DNA from: Gemmatimonadota bacterium
GTDB taxonomy: Bacteria > Gemmatimonadota > Gemmatimonadetes > Gemmatimonadales > GWC2-71-9
Reading direction: 5' to 3'
NCBI GenBank assembly: GCA_036679645.1
Contig: JAZDCY010000033.1
Coordinates: 1 to 64,000 of the forward strand
Length of the DNA stretch: 64,000 bases
Below the pieces are notes generated by a model that did not search any database, had not been told where the DNA came from, and saw nothing but the letters and a program-made list of their open reading frames with translations. Both the position numbers and the translations under genes were made by a program. Shown here piece by piece: positions 20,322-29,732 of this stretch (the stretch's first letter is position 1; every line of letters starts with the position of its first letter).

Positions 20322-22669
20322 TTACGTGCGCAGCGCCTCGAGCACCTCCGCCGTAAACGGATTCTCACCGCGGCGAAGCGCTTCGATCCAGCCCAGGCGC
20401 TGTGTCCGAGCCTCGTTATTCGATGTCCCTGCCACAAAGGCTTCAAAGTCTACAATAGCTCCCGCAAGATCGCCGGTGAGTGCCCGGGCTAGCCCGCGGC
20501 TGTCCCTGACGTTGCCATTATCAGGAGCAAGCGCCACGGCCTGTTCGCAGGCCGTCATGACGTCGCCGGCATGCCCCAACAGGCTACCGTTCCAGCAGAG
20601 CGTGTTCCAATAGCCGGCGTTGTCCGGGTCGAGCTCGGCCAGTCGCCTGAACGTAGCCAGCACCCGAAGCACGGTGGCCTCTGTGCTGTCGAAAATGACA
20701 GCCATGTCGGCCAGCTCTGAGGCTAAAGCGCTCGGTATTCACAAGCAGAGAGTCAGCGGCGTCCAGAACCCTGCCGGCGAAGTCTGCAGGTTCTGCCGCC
20801 CCCGCGTCGAGAGCGGCAGTCACAATCAATCCGGTAGCACACTGCTCCATCGACGGGCTAGCGGGATACTCCCTGATGTCTTTCGTGATACGGTTCACCA
20901 CATCAGCACGCAACGGCTTGGGGCTCATCATACCACATAACATGGTTCGCTCGATGATATTTGTCGGCTCGAGGAACTCGCTCGCCTTTGTCCAGTCTCC
21001 GTGTACCAGGTAGAGACTGAGCGTTGCACCGCCGTATTCGAGCAAGAAGGGATCGAGGACGCGATCGGTAGCGAAGATGCCCGCTGCCCTGAGTGAATCC
21101 GCCACGCGTAGCGCCTCGGCGCGCCGACCCGATTTGGCGAGCAAGACCATGCGGCGCGCTGCGAGATTCTCAAACTCGGTTTCCACGCCGAGGGAATCCG
21201 CAATCGCGAGTTCGCTGAGTGCCTTGTCGTAAGACTCCTCCAGCTCGAGCACCCGCGCCGCCCACAGATGGGCTTCCGCCACCGAGGGAGTGACGGCCAA
21301 CCATCTTTCGACCCAGGTTCTGGCGACGGACAGAGCTCTGGGACGCTCCGCTTCGGTAACTGCCTGCAAGAAAATCGCGAATGTTGAGCGGTATCACTTC
21401 CAGCGTATCGCGCAAGACCGCAATGAAAGGCAAGTTGTTGGCAGGTAAGGACTCTATGTATGCAGGCAGCGAAGCGCTCTCGCGGCGCGCCGCTACCACG
21501 AGTCCCATATACCAACCGCCCGCCTTCAGATAGTTGACTACCAGGATCATGTAGCCAGCGTATTGAGACGGGTCCAGCAGCACGGCGGTCTTAGCGAGGC
21601 TGTTGGCCCTATGGAAGGAGCCGCGCATCCTCATGACCCCGTCAACCGAGTGGACAATGCCATCTATGCTCTCGAGCCAAGCGAGGGCAAGGAGCGCGTC
21701 GACATCGCTGGAATCGGCGGCCAGCAAGTCTTCGAGCTGCTCCCGTGCGGTGGCGAACTGAGCGTGATACAGCGCATCCATCGCGCGCAGAAAGCGTTGA
21801 TGGCGCGGCGCGAGACGATCGGACAGCGCGACAGCGCGGCCTAGGTGACCGTAGCCCGCATGCGTCGCGTCAGAGAGGGCTCCCAGATCCGCGAAGAGGA
21901 GCGACGCTTGCGCCAGCTTGAGGTACGCCTGTGCAAACGTGCTGTCGAGTTCTACGGCTTCCTCAAAGGCTTCCCTCGCCCGCCGCATCTCCGCCCGATT
22001 ATAGTGCCGTAAACCGCGGAGATAGGCCTTCAACGCATCGAGGGATTCGGTCGACACGGACGATACGTCGACTTGCGACGCGTCCACGCCTGCCGTCTCG
22101 AGAAGCTCCGCGGCAATCCGCTCGTAGAGTTCCAGAATCGCGTCTTCAGATTCTCCGTCTTCGCTGACGCGCACGACTGTACGACTAGTCGCTACATCGT
22201 ATGCTCGGGCGGTGACTCGAATGCGATTGCCCAATCTCAGCACGTCACCCGTGACCACGGTCCATCCGCCGGTCTCCTCCGCGACGCGCCGAATCTGCTC
22301 TTCATCCATCGCTTCCTCGGGAGCGAGCCCATGACGTCGCTGGGCGAGACGGAGACGTTCATCGGAAACAACCGAAACCTCTTGCCACCGGCTCAGAGCC
22401 TCACCAAGCATCACGGGAGCTAGTGCCAGCCAGTCGTCTTCGGGAATCGCTCTGACATTACGAAACGGCAGCACCAGGAAGCTGCGGGCGCGCACGTCTT
22501 GCGCCGGGGGGTCGTTACGAGTCACAACGGCGGGTCGTCTTACGGCTGCATCGCATGGAGGGGGCGTGCCGTCAGCGCACTGGGCGCGGAGAGCAACCGG
22601 CAGCAGCGCCGCCAACAGCGACAAGGCGAGGATGAGTTGAAGCAGGCGCGCAGAGCGGTGCGTGTTCAT
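20322..22669 (-). pseudogene. Exported TolB-N/TPR protein split over three frames (breaks near 21370 and 20720)
   Basis: AQCADGTPPPC, VLPFRNV, TESLDALKAYLRG, AVELDSTFAQAY; later frames carry TPR helices and WNTLCW..DSRGLARALTGD. Confidence 0.75.
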
Positions 22670-22819
22670 CCTGTCAGGACCAAGTTCCCGCTCAGTAGCG
22701 TAGCGGGCTGCGGGTGCGGCTCCTTGGCGTTCGCGGTGCTCCCAGGTGCACAACGCAACGGCTCCCATACCCCACGAGCGCGCCCGATCAGTCTGCAAGC
22801 GCGTTGCAGGCAGCGGGCC

Positions 22820-23197
22820 CTATCTGGTTCGAGATTCCGCCGTCTTGAGTTCAACGAGGATCACCTCCATTGGTTCGCCACGCAGATTTTCCGGAAGGTG
22901 AGTTCCGGCCTCTGCCCATATCGTTTCACCGGCCCTTCCCTCAAAATCCACTGTTTGCCCATCGGGGAGCGTGAACTTGCCCGTGTTATCTGTAAGGAAC
23001 ACTACTACTCCGGCAGGATGATAGTGCATCACGGATTTCTCGTGCGGTCCGTACGTAATCCGGAGAACCCGGACCTGGTCGTTCTCGAAAACCACCCGGT
23101 AGTGCGTGGAGTCCACCACCGTGGGGTCTTGGGCCCAGGCACGCGCGGCAGCGAACGACGTCAGTGCGAGGAGCAGTGGGAGTACGCGCATGGTCAT
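22820..23197 (-). CDS. Exported cupin-domain protein
   Basis: Signal peptide; HYRVVFENDQVRVLR..MHYHP..HLPEN..ILVELK. Confidence 0.85.
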   Translation of the reverse strand: MTMRVLPLLLALTSFAAARAWAQDPTVVDSTHYRVVFENDQVRVLRITYGPHEKSVMHYHPAGVVVFLTDNTGKFTLPDGQTVDFEGRAGETIWAEAGTHLPENLRGEPMEVILVELKTAESRTR

Positions 23198-23405
23198 CTC
23201 CGAGTCTAGGGACGATTCTCTGGTTGGCGGATACTCGCCCTTGTAGGCGGACTTGCAGGTGCTACCGTCGGGTGGCTCAGCGGTCTCATCGTCGGGCGCG
23301 CGTCCAGCAGGACGTCAGTGCGGCGGCGGTGCCATCTTCGGCCACCGAAGGCAAAGTAGACTAATATTATCGCCTATTATATCCAGCAGGCTTGAAGCCG
23401 CAAGT

Positions 23406-23506
23406 TGCTACACCCCGTTCGTGACATGGCGAACGCGCTGGGCGACGGTAACCAATGAGATCAATGCCTCGCGATGCTACCGCACTACTGGTATTGGGGA
23501 ACCCCC
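23406..23506. repeat. Internal remnant of attC-like repeat family 1
   Basis: tgctacaccccg..gcgaacgcgctgggcg..gatgctaccgcact shared with 26.9, 27.4 and 28.5 kb copies. Confidence 0.65.
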
Positions 23507-23513
23507 GATCGTC

Positions 23514-23993
23514 TTATTGATCCAGGGGCACGGGAGCCGGAGCATCGCTGGAAAAGCTGACCGACGCGATGAACCACTCGCCGTCGATCTTCCGCCATGT
23601 AGCGAGGTACTTGCCAAGGTCGAAAAGATCTCCGTCCGGAGTCGTCAGCACCAGTCGGTTGACGCCGTACTCCCACGCCATGTCACCGCGCTCCGATACC
23701 TCCGTATACGTCGTGGTGCTCCCGAACGACTTCACACCCGGGCCGAAGAACTGCTCAAAGAGCGCCCGCACGGCCTCGCGGCCTACGGCCGGGGGACCGT
23801 CAGCTGGCAGCAACACGCCGTCAGGCGCCCAGAACGCGAGTGAGCCGTCGATATCGAACGCGGATTCGGCCGCGACGATGCCGGCCGAGCGAGCGCGAAC
23901 AGCTTCGAGTTCGGCCTCCATGTCTACCCGCGGCGCGGCGCAGGCCACTATGGACGTGGCAGCAACAAAGAGGGTGGTGGAATTCCGGCGCAT
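23514..23993 (-). CDS. DUF4440/SnoaL-like (NTF2 fold) lipoprotein
   Basis: IVAC lipobox; VGREAVRA, GDMAWEYG, GKYLATWRKIDGEW. Confidence 0.85.
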   Translation of the reverse strand: MRRNSTTLFVAATSIVACAAPRVDMEAELEAVRARSAGIVAAESAFDIDGSLAFWAPDGVLLPADGPPAVGREAVRALFEQFFGPGVKSFGSTTTYTEVSERGDMAWEYGVNRLVLTTPDGDLFDLGKYLATWRKIDGEWFIASVSFSSDAPAPVPLDQ

Positions 23994-24192
23994 GGCGACC
24001 TCACGGGAGGAGTGCAACGATAGGGTACTGTGGCCGAATCAACAATTCTGTGGCGCGGGACGCGCACCCACGATGGGGCTCGTCCCGGTGGCTAAGTGAG
24101 GGTGGGGCGCGACTACATCGGCGTGCATGCCTGACGGTGGGAGCGGAACTCGGCACATTTACCATGTATTACGTTATACGTTATATTCCGCC

Positions 24193-24489
24193 GTGATCCG
24201 AAGCTTCGCGACCCCTGGCACCCGGGACGTCTTCGATGCCACCGACTCCAAAGCGGCGCGGCGCGCGTGCCCGACAAGCCTCTGGAAGATCGCTCGCCGC
24301 AAGCTGGACCAGTTGAATCAGGCCCATGCGCTCGAGGATCTCCGAGCACCGCTGGCCAATCGACTGGAGAAGCTGAAAGGCGACCGGGCAGGACAGCACA
24401 GCATCCGGATTAACGACCAGTATCGCGTCTGCTTTGGGTGGACCGAGCACGAACCCGAAGATGTGGAGATCGTAGACTACCACCGTTGA
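24193..24489 (+). CDS. higB: HigB toxin (RelE/ParE superfamily)
   Basis: IRSF..ARRKLDQLN..DLRAP..NRLEKLKGDRAGQHSIRINDQYRVCF..VEIVDYH. Confidence 0.93.
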   Translation: MIRSFATPGTRDVFDATDSKAARRACPTSLWKIARRKLDQLNQAHALEDLRAPLANRLEKLKGDRAGQHSIRINDQYRVCFGWTEHEPEDVEIVDYHR

Positions 24490-24502
24490 GCGAGGTTGCT
24501 TC

Positions 24503-24835
24503 ATGACGACGTTGCCCAGACACCGACCGCCAACCCACCCGGGTGAGATGCTCCTTGAGGAGTTCTTGGTACCTCTCGACATGAGCCAGTCAGAACTCGC
24601 GGACCGGATCCATGTGTCTTATCCACGCGTGAATGAGCTCGTGAACGGAAAGCGAGGTGTCACGCCGGACACCGCTCTACGCCTCGCGAAGCTGCTCGGG
24701 ACAACACCAGAATTCTGGCTGAACGGGCAGCAGAACTGGGACTTGTGGCATGCCGTGCACGCGCCCCAAGCAGTCGAACTTCGGGAGATCCGTCCGGTGT
24801 CACGCCGCTCGCGGAGCAAAGCGAGTTTCGCCTAA
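24503..24835 (+). CDS. higA: HigA antitoxin (HTH)
   Basis: PTHPGEMLLEEFL..GKRGVTPDTALRLAK..TPEFWLN. Confidence 0.93.
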   Translation: MTTLPRHRPPTHPGEMLLEEFLVPLDMSQSELADRIHVSYPRVNELVNGKRGVTPDTALRLAKLLGTTPEFWLNGQQNWDLWHAVHAPQAVELREIRPVSRRSRSKASFA

Positions 24836-24840
24836 CTAGT

Positions 24841-24879
24841 CGCTCAGACCTGCAAGATGCATGAAAAAAGTTCGGTCAC
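24841..24879. repeat. 39-bp direct repeat, copy 1 (copy 2 at 30177-30215)
   Basis: cgctcagacc(t/c)gcaagatgcatgaaaaaagttcggtcac, one mismatch. Confidence 0.9.
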
Positions 24880-24880
24880 G

Positions 24881-25543
24881 TTACCGTTCTCGTTCTTGTA
24901 GGGGATCGTCCGTCGTGTCCGTATAGTGGGCTGCTTCACATGCAGGACAAATCCCGTGTGAGAACCGCGCCTCAGAGTGCTGACTCACGTAGGTCTCAAG
25001 TTTCTGCCAGAATCCCTTGTCATTCCTGATGCTCTTGCAGTGCGAACAGATAGGCACGAGGCCCTTCAGCGTCTTGATATTGTCCAGGGCATGCTGCAGA
25101 GCGCGGTTCGCTTGCTCCAACTCCGCTGTTCTCTGCTCTAATCCTACCTCCGCCTTCCTGCGCAGCGTAATATCCTGAACAAGACAGCTCACGCCGATGA
25201 TTCTTCCATTACCATCAGCGGTAATAGGGTGATAGTTGTGCATGAAGGTCCGCCGCACGCCTATTTGTGCCGGGGTCTCCGCCTCGATCGTTCCCTCGAT
25301 GATGGATGTGCGCGTCTTCATCACCATGCGCAGTTGAGCCTCGATTCCAGCCGCAACATTGGGAATCACTTCGCCCACCGTTCGTCCCAGGTGCTTCTCG
25401 ACAGGCAAACCGTTCAGCCGGGCCAGCCATCGGTTGATGTACAGGTAGCGCAGGTCGGTGTCGAAGTAACAAAGGCCTACCGCCGCGTCGTCATAGGCGC
25501 AACGAAGGATCGCCTCGGAAGGGCGCTTCGCGGGCTCGCTCAT
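24881..25543 (-). CDS. PAS domain protein with C-terminal Cys-rich module
   Basis: DTDLRYLYIN..HLGRTV..VQDIT; LKGLVPICSHCKSIR..FSHGICPAC. Confidence 0.88.
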   Translation of the reverse strand: MSEPAKRPSEAILRCAYDDAAVGLCYFDTDLRYLYINRWLARLNGLPVEKHLGRTVGEVIPNVAAGIEAQLRMVMKTRTSIIEGTIEAETPAQIGVRRTFMHNYHPITADGNGRIIGVSCLVQDITLRRKAEVGLEQRTAELEQANRALQHALDNIKTLKGLVPICSHCKSIRNDKGFWQKLETYVSQHSEARFSHGICPACEAAHYTDTTDDPLQERER

Positions 25544-25656
25544 ACGTCTTCACTCCTAGCAACGTGTCAATAGGGATTTGCTTTCCCCGGCTGGCCAAGC
25601 GCTTCAAAGATAGCATGCCGCCAGTTTGACGTGATCCTGCGGGTGTGGAAGTGGAA

Positions 25657-26079
25657 CTACGACTGCTCCCCGAACGCCGCGATTTCTTGGGCGTACGCCG
25701 AATCGAACTCCAGAGCCTCAACTAGTCGCGAAAGCTCGTTCGCGTAGGCTGGATTCGCCCCGGTTAGGCCCAATTCGCGAGGCAGGTTGTAACAGTACGC
25801 CTCGACAACCTGGTTGCTTGCCAACAGCGCCACCTGGACGCGCTCTCGTTTGTACGCGCGAACACTCGGTTCCGAGTAGAGCGCATGAGCTTCTTGCTCC
25901 GAGAGCTCCATCACGATTCCATAGGCCCGACTCGAAGCGGACGGCAACAATGTCGCTCGCTCGCCGATGTGGATTCGGTAGTCGGAAAGCACCGCTGGCC
26001 CAATAGTTTCAGGGTGAAAACCCTTCTCGGCGAGAAGAGTCCGATCCATGAAGAGGCCGTAAAAGAAAATCTTGCTCAT
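25657..26079 (-). CDS. Gamma-glutamylcyclotransferase (AIG2-like) family protein
   Basis: IFFYGLFMD..ATL..AYGIV..LYSE..Y. Confidence 0.8.
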   Translation of the reverse strand: MSKIFFYGLFMDRTLLAEKGFHPETIGPAVLSDYRIHIGERATLLPSASSRAYGIVMELSEQEAHALYSEPSVRAYKRERVQVALLASNQVVEAYCYNLPRELGLTGANPAYANELSRLVEALEFDSAYAQEIAAFGEQS

Positions 26080-26095
26080 AGGTGTCGAGCTGTCC

Positions 26096-26253
26096 GCCTA
26101 ACTAGTAATTGGACTGCATATGTCCATATGCACCCCACTCGCGAGAAGGCGCTGGGGCGAGGGGACTTCGTTACTAACCGCACTCCTGGTACTGGGAAGC
26201 CCCTGAACACGCGATCTCGGTCCAATCTCGCAGTGAGCGGTATCTTCTAAGGC
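26096..26253. repeat. attC-like palindromic repeat family 1, copy A
   Basis: GCCTAAC-5nt-ATTGGACT ... GGTCCAAT-6nt-GTGAGCG, then conserved ttctaaggc. Confidence 0.75.
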
Positions 26254-26338
26254 GAGCCGCGCGATGACGGGGCACAACCCAACGACTTCCTTACCGCACG
26301 TTAGTGCCCGCCAACTGCAAGCGCGTGTTTGGCGCCCG

Positions 26339-26512
26339 CTAGAACTCCCGCTTCTTCATTTCTGAGAAGAAGCTTTGCCGTTCTGTATCCTCGTCCGTGT
26401 CCAGAGGCAAAGTGTCGTCGTGCCGACGCCGCGCCTTTCCTTTCGACTTGGCAGCCTTCGCAGCGTTCTTTCTCACCAAAGCGGCCAACTTCTTATCATC
26501 GCTGGTTGACAT
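26339..26512 (-). CDS. Small hypothetical protein
   Basis: GGAG RBS; MSTSDDKKLAALVRK..FFSEMKKREF; lies between two repeats. Confidence 0.65.
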   Translation of the reverse strand: MSTSDDKKLAALVRKNAAKAAKSKGKARRRHDDTLPLDTDEDTERQSFFSEMKKREF

Positions 26513-26563
26513 CGTTGCCACTCCAAACAGTCTCGAGGTGGATCCGTCTGCGGTGTGCGGTGC

Positions 26564-26710
26564 TCCCAACATCCCTACGTATCATTTGCGGGCGACGTGC
26601 CCGTGAGCAACTTGCGTAGACTGAACGTGCACAATCCTCCAAAGCTCACTACTCAACGACCTCCTTACGCCACGGACGCGCCCGCCAGTCTGCAAGCACT
26701 TAACTTGGCG
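26564..26710. repeat. attC-like repeat family 2 (degenerate); half copies near 26305-26334 and 22778-22810
   Basis: TCCCAAC..ttgcgggcg ... cgcccgccagtctgcaagc..ttggcg; shared cgcccg..ctgcaagc motif. Confidence 0.6.
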
Positions 26711-26716
26711 GGCCGC

Positions 26717-26890
26717 TCACTGGTAGCGGATCGCATAGTAGATGACGTAGACCCACGACAAGAAACCATGGATTATCGCCCACAGAATTGACTTGTTGGC
26801 ACTCCACGAGATGGCAATGGCCAGCGCTGCGCCGAAGCCGATGCCTGCCTTGGCGGCGTCCTTGGAGCCACTCCCCTTCTTTTCGCTCAT
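26717..26890 (-). CDS. 57-aa membrane protein (below ORF-track cutoff)
   Basis: MSEKKGSGSKDAAKAGIGFGAALAIAISWSANKSILWAIIHGFLSWVYVIYYAIRYQ; starts 22 nt after GTTAGGC on the minus strand. Confidence 0.8.
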   Translation of the reverse strand: MSEKKGSGSKDAAKAGIGFGAALAIAISWSANKSILWAIIHGFLSWVYVIYYAIRYQ

Positions 26891-26912
26891 CCGGTACCCC
26901 CTGAGGCGGTCC

Positions 26913-27080
26913 GCCTAACTTGTAATTGGACTGCATACCTCCATAATGCTACATCGCGCTCGCGACATAGCGAACGCGCTGGGCGGGAGTAGCCTTCCTT
27001 ACCACCGCACTCCGGCTATAGGGAACCCCTGAACGCGCGATCTCGGTCCAATCTCGCAGGGAGCGGTACCTTCTAAAGGC
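26913..27080. repeat. attC-like repeat family 1, copy B
   Basis: GCCTAACttgtaATTGGACT ... GGTCCAATctcgcagggagcgg..ttctaaaggc. Confidence 0.75.
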
Positions 27081-27189
27081 GAGCCGTGCATCAGTAGTCG
27101 GCGTTGCTGTACTGCAGAAGGGCCGCACAACAATGCGACTGGTGGTCAGTGTAGGATGAGCCGTACCTCTTTGAACCAGAGGGAGTCCG

Positions 27190-27396
27190 ATGGACGCTGA
27201 CAAGAAAGCCAAGATCGCCCGGGTACTTGGCTACATCTTGCTGGCGGTCGGCGTGCTGAATCTCACGCTTGCCGGTGTGCAATTGGCCCGGGATCGGACC
27301 CAGGAGGGGTCACTTTTCGTGACTGGTTTCGTGGCCCTCGGGATGGGCATCATCATGGTTTCCCGAGGGAGGCAGAAGCCCACGCCCCGAGCTTAG
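27190..27396 (+). CDS. Small two-TM membrane protein
   Basis: GGGAG RBS; two hydrophobic helices. Confidence 0.65.
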   Translation: MDADKKAKIARVLGYILLAVGVLNLTLAGVQLARDRTQEGSLFVTGFVALGMGIIMVSRGRQKPTPRA

Positions 27397-27415
27397 CGAC
27401 GTGGTTGGCGTAGGG

Positions 27416-27516
27416 ATGAGATCAATGCAACGCGATGCTACCGCACTCCGAATATTGGCAAGGTTATGCACGCGCGATCTCGGTCCAATCTCGCAGTGAG
27501 CGGCATGTTCTAAGGC
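27416..27516. repeat. attC-like repeat family 1, copy C (left end missing)
   Basis: gatgctaccgcactcc..cgcgcgatctcggtccaatctcgcagtgagcgg..ttctaaggc. Confidence 0.7.
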
Positions 27517-27596
27517 GGAACGAGCGGCGGGGCGCCGTGCCGCCCAAGCACACAACGCAACAGCTTCCCCACACGAACACGTCTGTCGTTGTGGAT

Positions 27597-27676
27597 CCCC
27601 CGATCGTCTTATTGATCCACGGGCACGGGAGTCGGAGCATCGCTGGAAAAGCTGACCGAGGCGATGAACCACTCGC
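27597..27676 (-). pseudogene. Duplicated 3' end of the DUF4440 gene (near-identical to about 23502-23581)
   Basis: ccccgatcgtcttattgatcca.gggcacgggag.cggagcatcgctggaaaagctgaccga.gcgatgaaccactcgc. Confidence 0.85.
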
Positions 27677-27691
27677 GGGGCCCTGCGCGCG

Positions 27692-27837
27692 GTGTATCAC
27701 GGTAGTGCGCACCGGACCGTGCTCAAGGAGTTTACCCGCGCCTACCAGAGTCTGGTCGAGGACTCCACGCGTGTGATGCTCCGGCTCAAAGCATTGCTCC
27801 GCGCCCGGGGGATCAAGACGCCCGGTACCGAGCGCTT
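27692..27837 (+). mobile_element. IS110-family transposase internal fragment
   Basis: VYHGSAHRTVLKEFTRAYQSLVEDSTRVMLRLKALLRARGI resembles the IS110 coiled-coil region; recognised from memory. Confidence 0.6.
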
Positions 27838-27872
27838 GCTAGGTGGCACCACAGTGTATTACATTGTATGAC

Positions 27873-28094
27873 ATGAAATCTACAGTACTGACCATTCGCC
27901 TTGATCGCGATCTCGAGCGCCAACTCCGACGCATCGCCCGTCGGACCGGCCGTAGCCGTAGCGACATCGTTCGAGAGGCGCTCCGACGCCAGCTCGCGCT
28001 GGCGCAGTTCGAGGACATCCGCCGCCGCATCATGCCGCTCGCTGAGGCTCGCGGATACCTCACCGATGAAGACGTCTTCCGCGATGTCTCTTGA
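27873..28094 (+). CDS. CopG/RHH antitoxin
   Basis: LTIRLD..GRSRSDIVREALRRQL..GYLTDEDVF. Confidence 0.88.
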   Translation: MKSTVLTIRLDRDLERQLRRIARRTGRSRSDIVREALRRQLALAQFEDIRRRIMPLAEARGYLTDEDVFRDVS

Positions 28095-28492
28095 GGGTGG
28101 CCCTCGACACGAACATCCTCGTCGCCGCCGTGGCGACCCGCGGCCTCTGCGCCGACCTTCTTCGTGTCGTCCTCGCGGAGCATCAACTGATTCTCGGCCA
28201 AACAGTGCAGCGCGAGCTGCGCCGTGTTCTCCGATCGAAGCTCCGACTTGCTCCAGAAGTCATCACCGAATACGACGCATTCCTTGCGCGGCACGCAGTG
28301 CTTGCGGCGGCCACGGAGCCGGCCCCGATCTCCGTTCGAGATGCCTCCGACGAGCGCGTACTTGCGGAGGCCCTGGCAGGTGAGGCAGACGTTCTCGTAA
28401 CCGGAGATCAAGATCTTCTCAGCGTCGCGAGCGAGTCTCCGATACTGATTGTCGATCCGCGGGGGCTGTGGGAATCGCTGCGCGGGAGATGA
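28091..28492 (+). CDS. PIN-domain toxin (VapC-like)
   Basis: MRVALDTNIL..RDASDERVL..LVTGDQDLL; overlaps antitoxin stop. Confidence 0.9.
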   Translation: MRVALDTNILVAAVATRGLCADLLRVVLAEHQLILGQTVQRELRRVLRSKLRLAPEVITEYDAFLARHAVLAAATEPAPISVRDASDERVLAEALAGEADVLVTGDQDLLSVASESPILIVDPRGLWESLRGR

Positions 28493-28517
28493 CCAGGGAC
28501 ACGCATCCGGCGGTGCC

Positions 28518-28687
28518 ACCTAGCTTGTAGTTGGACTGACCACCATATCGCCAGATGCTACACCCCGCTCGCGACATAGCAAACGCGCGGGGCGAGGGGA
28601 ACTTCGATGCCACCGCACTCCGGATATCGGGAAGCCCTGAACGCGCGATCTCGGTCCAATCTCGCAGTGAGCGCTACCTTCTAAGGC
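28518..28687. repeat. attC-like repeat family 1, copy D
   Basis: ACCTAGCttgtaGTTGGACT ... GGTCCAATctcgcaGTGAGCG..ttctaaggc. Confidence 0.75.
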
Positions 28688-28768
28688 GGAACGAGCGCCT
28701 AAAGGCGCGTGCGGTGGGTGGCGTTTTGGTGGGAACACGAAGCCAGATCCCTCTTTCCAGAGGCACAG

Positions 28769-29677
28769 ATGGCTGTACCGGATTTCCAGAGCTGGTTCTT
28801 ACCTCTCCTGAAGCGGGTAGCCGACGGAGAGAGTCACCGCCTGTCAGACCTCTACGAGGAGTTGGCGCAGGATCTTGACCTCTCGGACGAGGACCGCGCG
28901 GAAGAGTTGCCAAGCGGCAAGCAACTCACGTATCGCAACCGCATCGGTTGGGCCCGTACGTATCTGAAGAAGGCAGGGCTTCTTGAGTCGCCAGCCCGAG
29001 GCGAATGCAGAATAACAAAACGTGGAATCGAGGTTCTAGCACAGGACTTGGAGCGTGTGGATGTCAAATTCCTAAAGCAGTTTCCTGAGTTCGAGAAGTT
29101 CCACACCTATAAGCCTTCCGGCCCAGGTGAGGGGGGTCCGGACGGAGAGGTCGTCAGCGCCACGCCAGAAGAACTTCTCGAGCAGTCGCACGGGGCCCTC
29201 AAAGACAACGTCACGCAAGAGCTTTTGGAGCGCGTGAAGGCAGCACCCCCATCGTTCTTTGAGTCCCTAGTAGTGGATCTCCTTCTACGCATGGGTTACG
29301 GCGGTTCACGCGAGGATGCCGGCAAGATCGTCGGCCGCTCCGGTGACGGTGGCGTCGATGGAGTGATCAACGAGGATCGACTTGGTCTTGATGTGGTATA
29401 CATCCAAGCGAAGCGGTGGGAAAACACGGTTGGCCGACCGGTGGTTCAGGCCTTTGCCGGTAGCTTGGAAGGAGTCCGAGCACGCAAGGGCGTACTCATT
29501 ACAACGTCGGATTTCTCTTCTGAAGCGCGCCAGTACGTTTCCCAGATCGAAAAGCGCATCGTCCTGGTAACTGGCCAGCAGCTCGCGAACCTCATGTTCG
29601 AGCACAACATTGGCGTAAGCTCCGTTGCCTCGTATGAAGTGAAGAAGGTCGACACCGACTTCTTCGAGGAGGCGTAG
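28769..29677 (+). CDS. mrr: Mrr restriction endonuclease (type IV)
   Basis: PDFQ..NRIGWARTYLKKAGLL; FFESLVVDLL..MGYG, SGDGGVDG, YIQAKRW, KGVLITTS. Confidence 0.95.
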   Translation: MAVPDFQSWFLPLLKRVADGESHRLSDLYEELAQDLDLSDEDRAEELPSGKQLTYRNRIGWARTYLKKAGLLESPARGECRITKRGIEVLAQDLERVDVKFLKQFPEFEKFHTYKPSGPGEGGPDGEVVSATPEELLEQSHGALKDNVTQELLERVKAAPPSFFESLVVDLLLRMGYGGSREDAGKIVGRSGDGGVDGVINEDRLGLDVVYIQAKRWENTVGRPVVQAFAGSLEGVRARKGVLITTSDFSSEARQYVSQIEKRIVLVTGQQLANLMFEHNIGVSSVASYEVKKVDTDFFEEA

Positions 29678-29732
29678 GCCTTCGCACGACCCGCGCTAGG
29701 AGCTGCCGGGGGCTACGGGAGGGCACGTACCG

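Noticed and set aside
26096..28687. Repeat family as CRISPR repeats
   Set aside because: Units are about 160 bp, degenerate and separated by whole genes.
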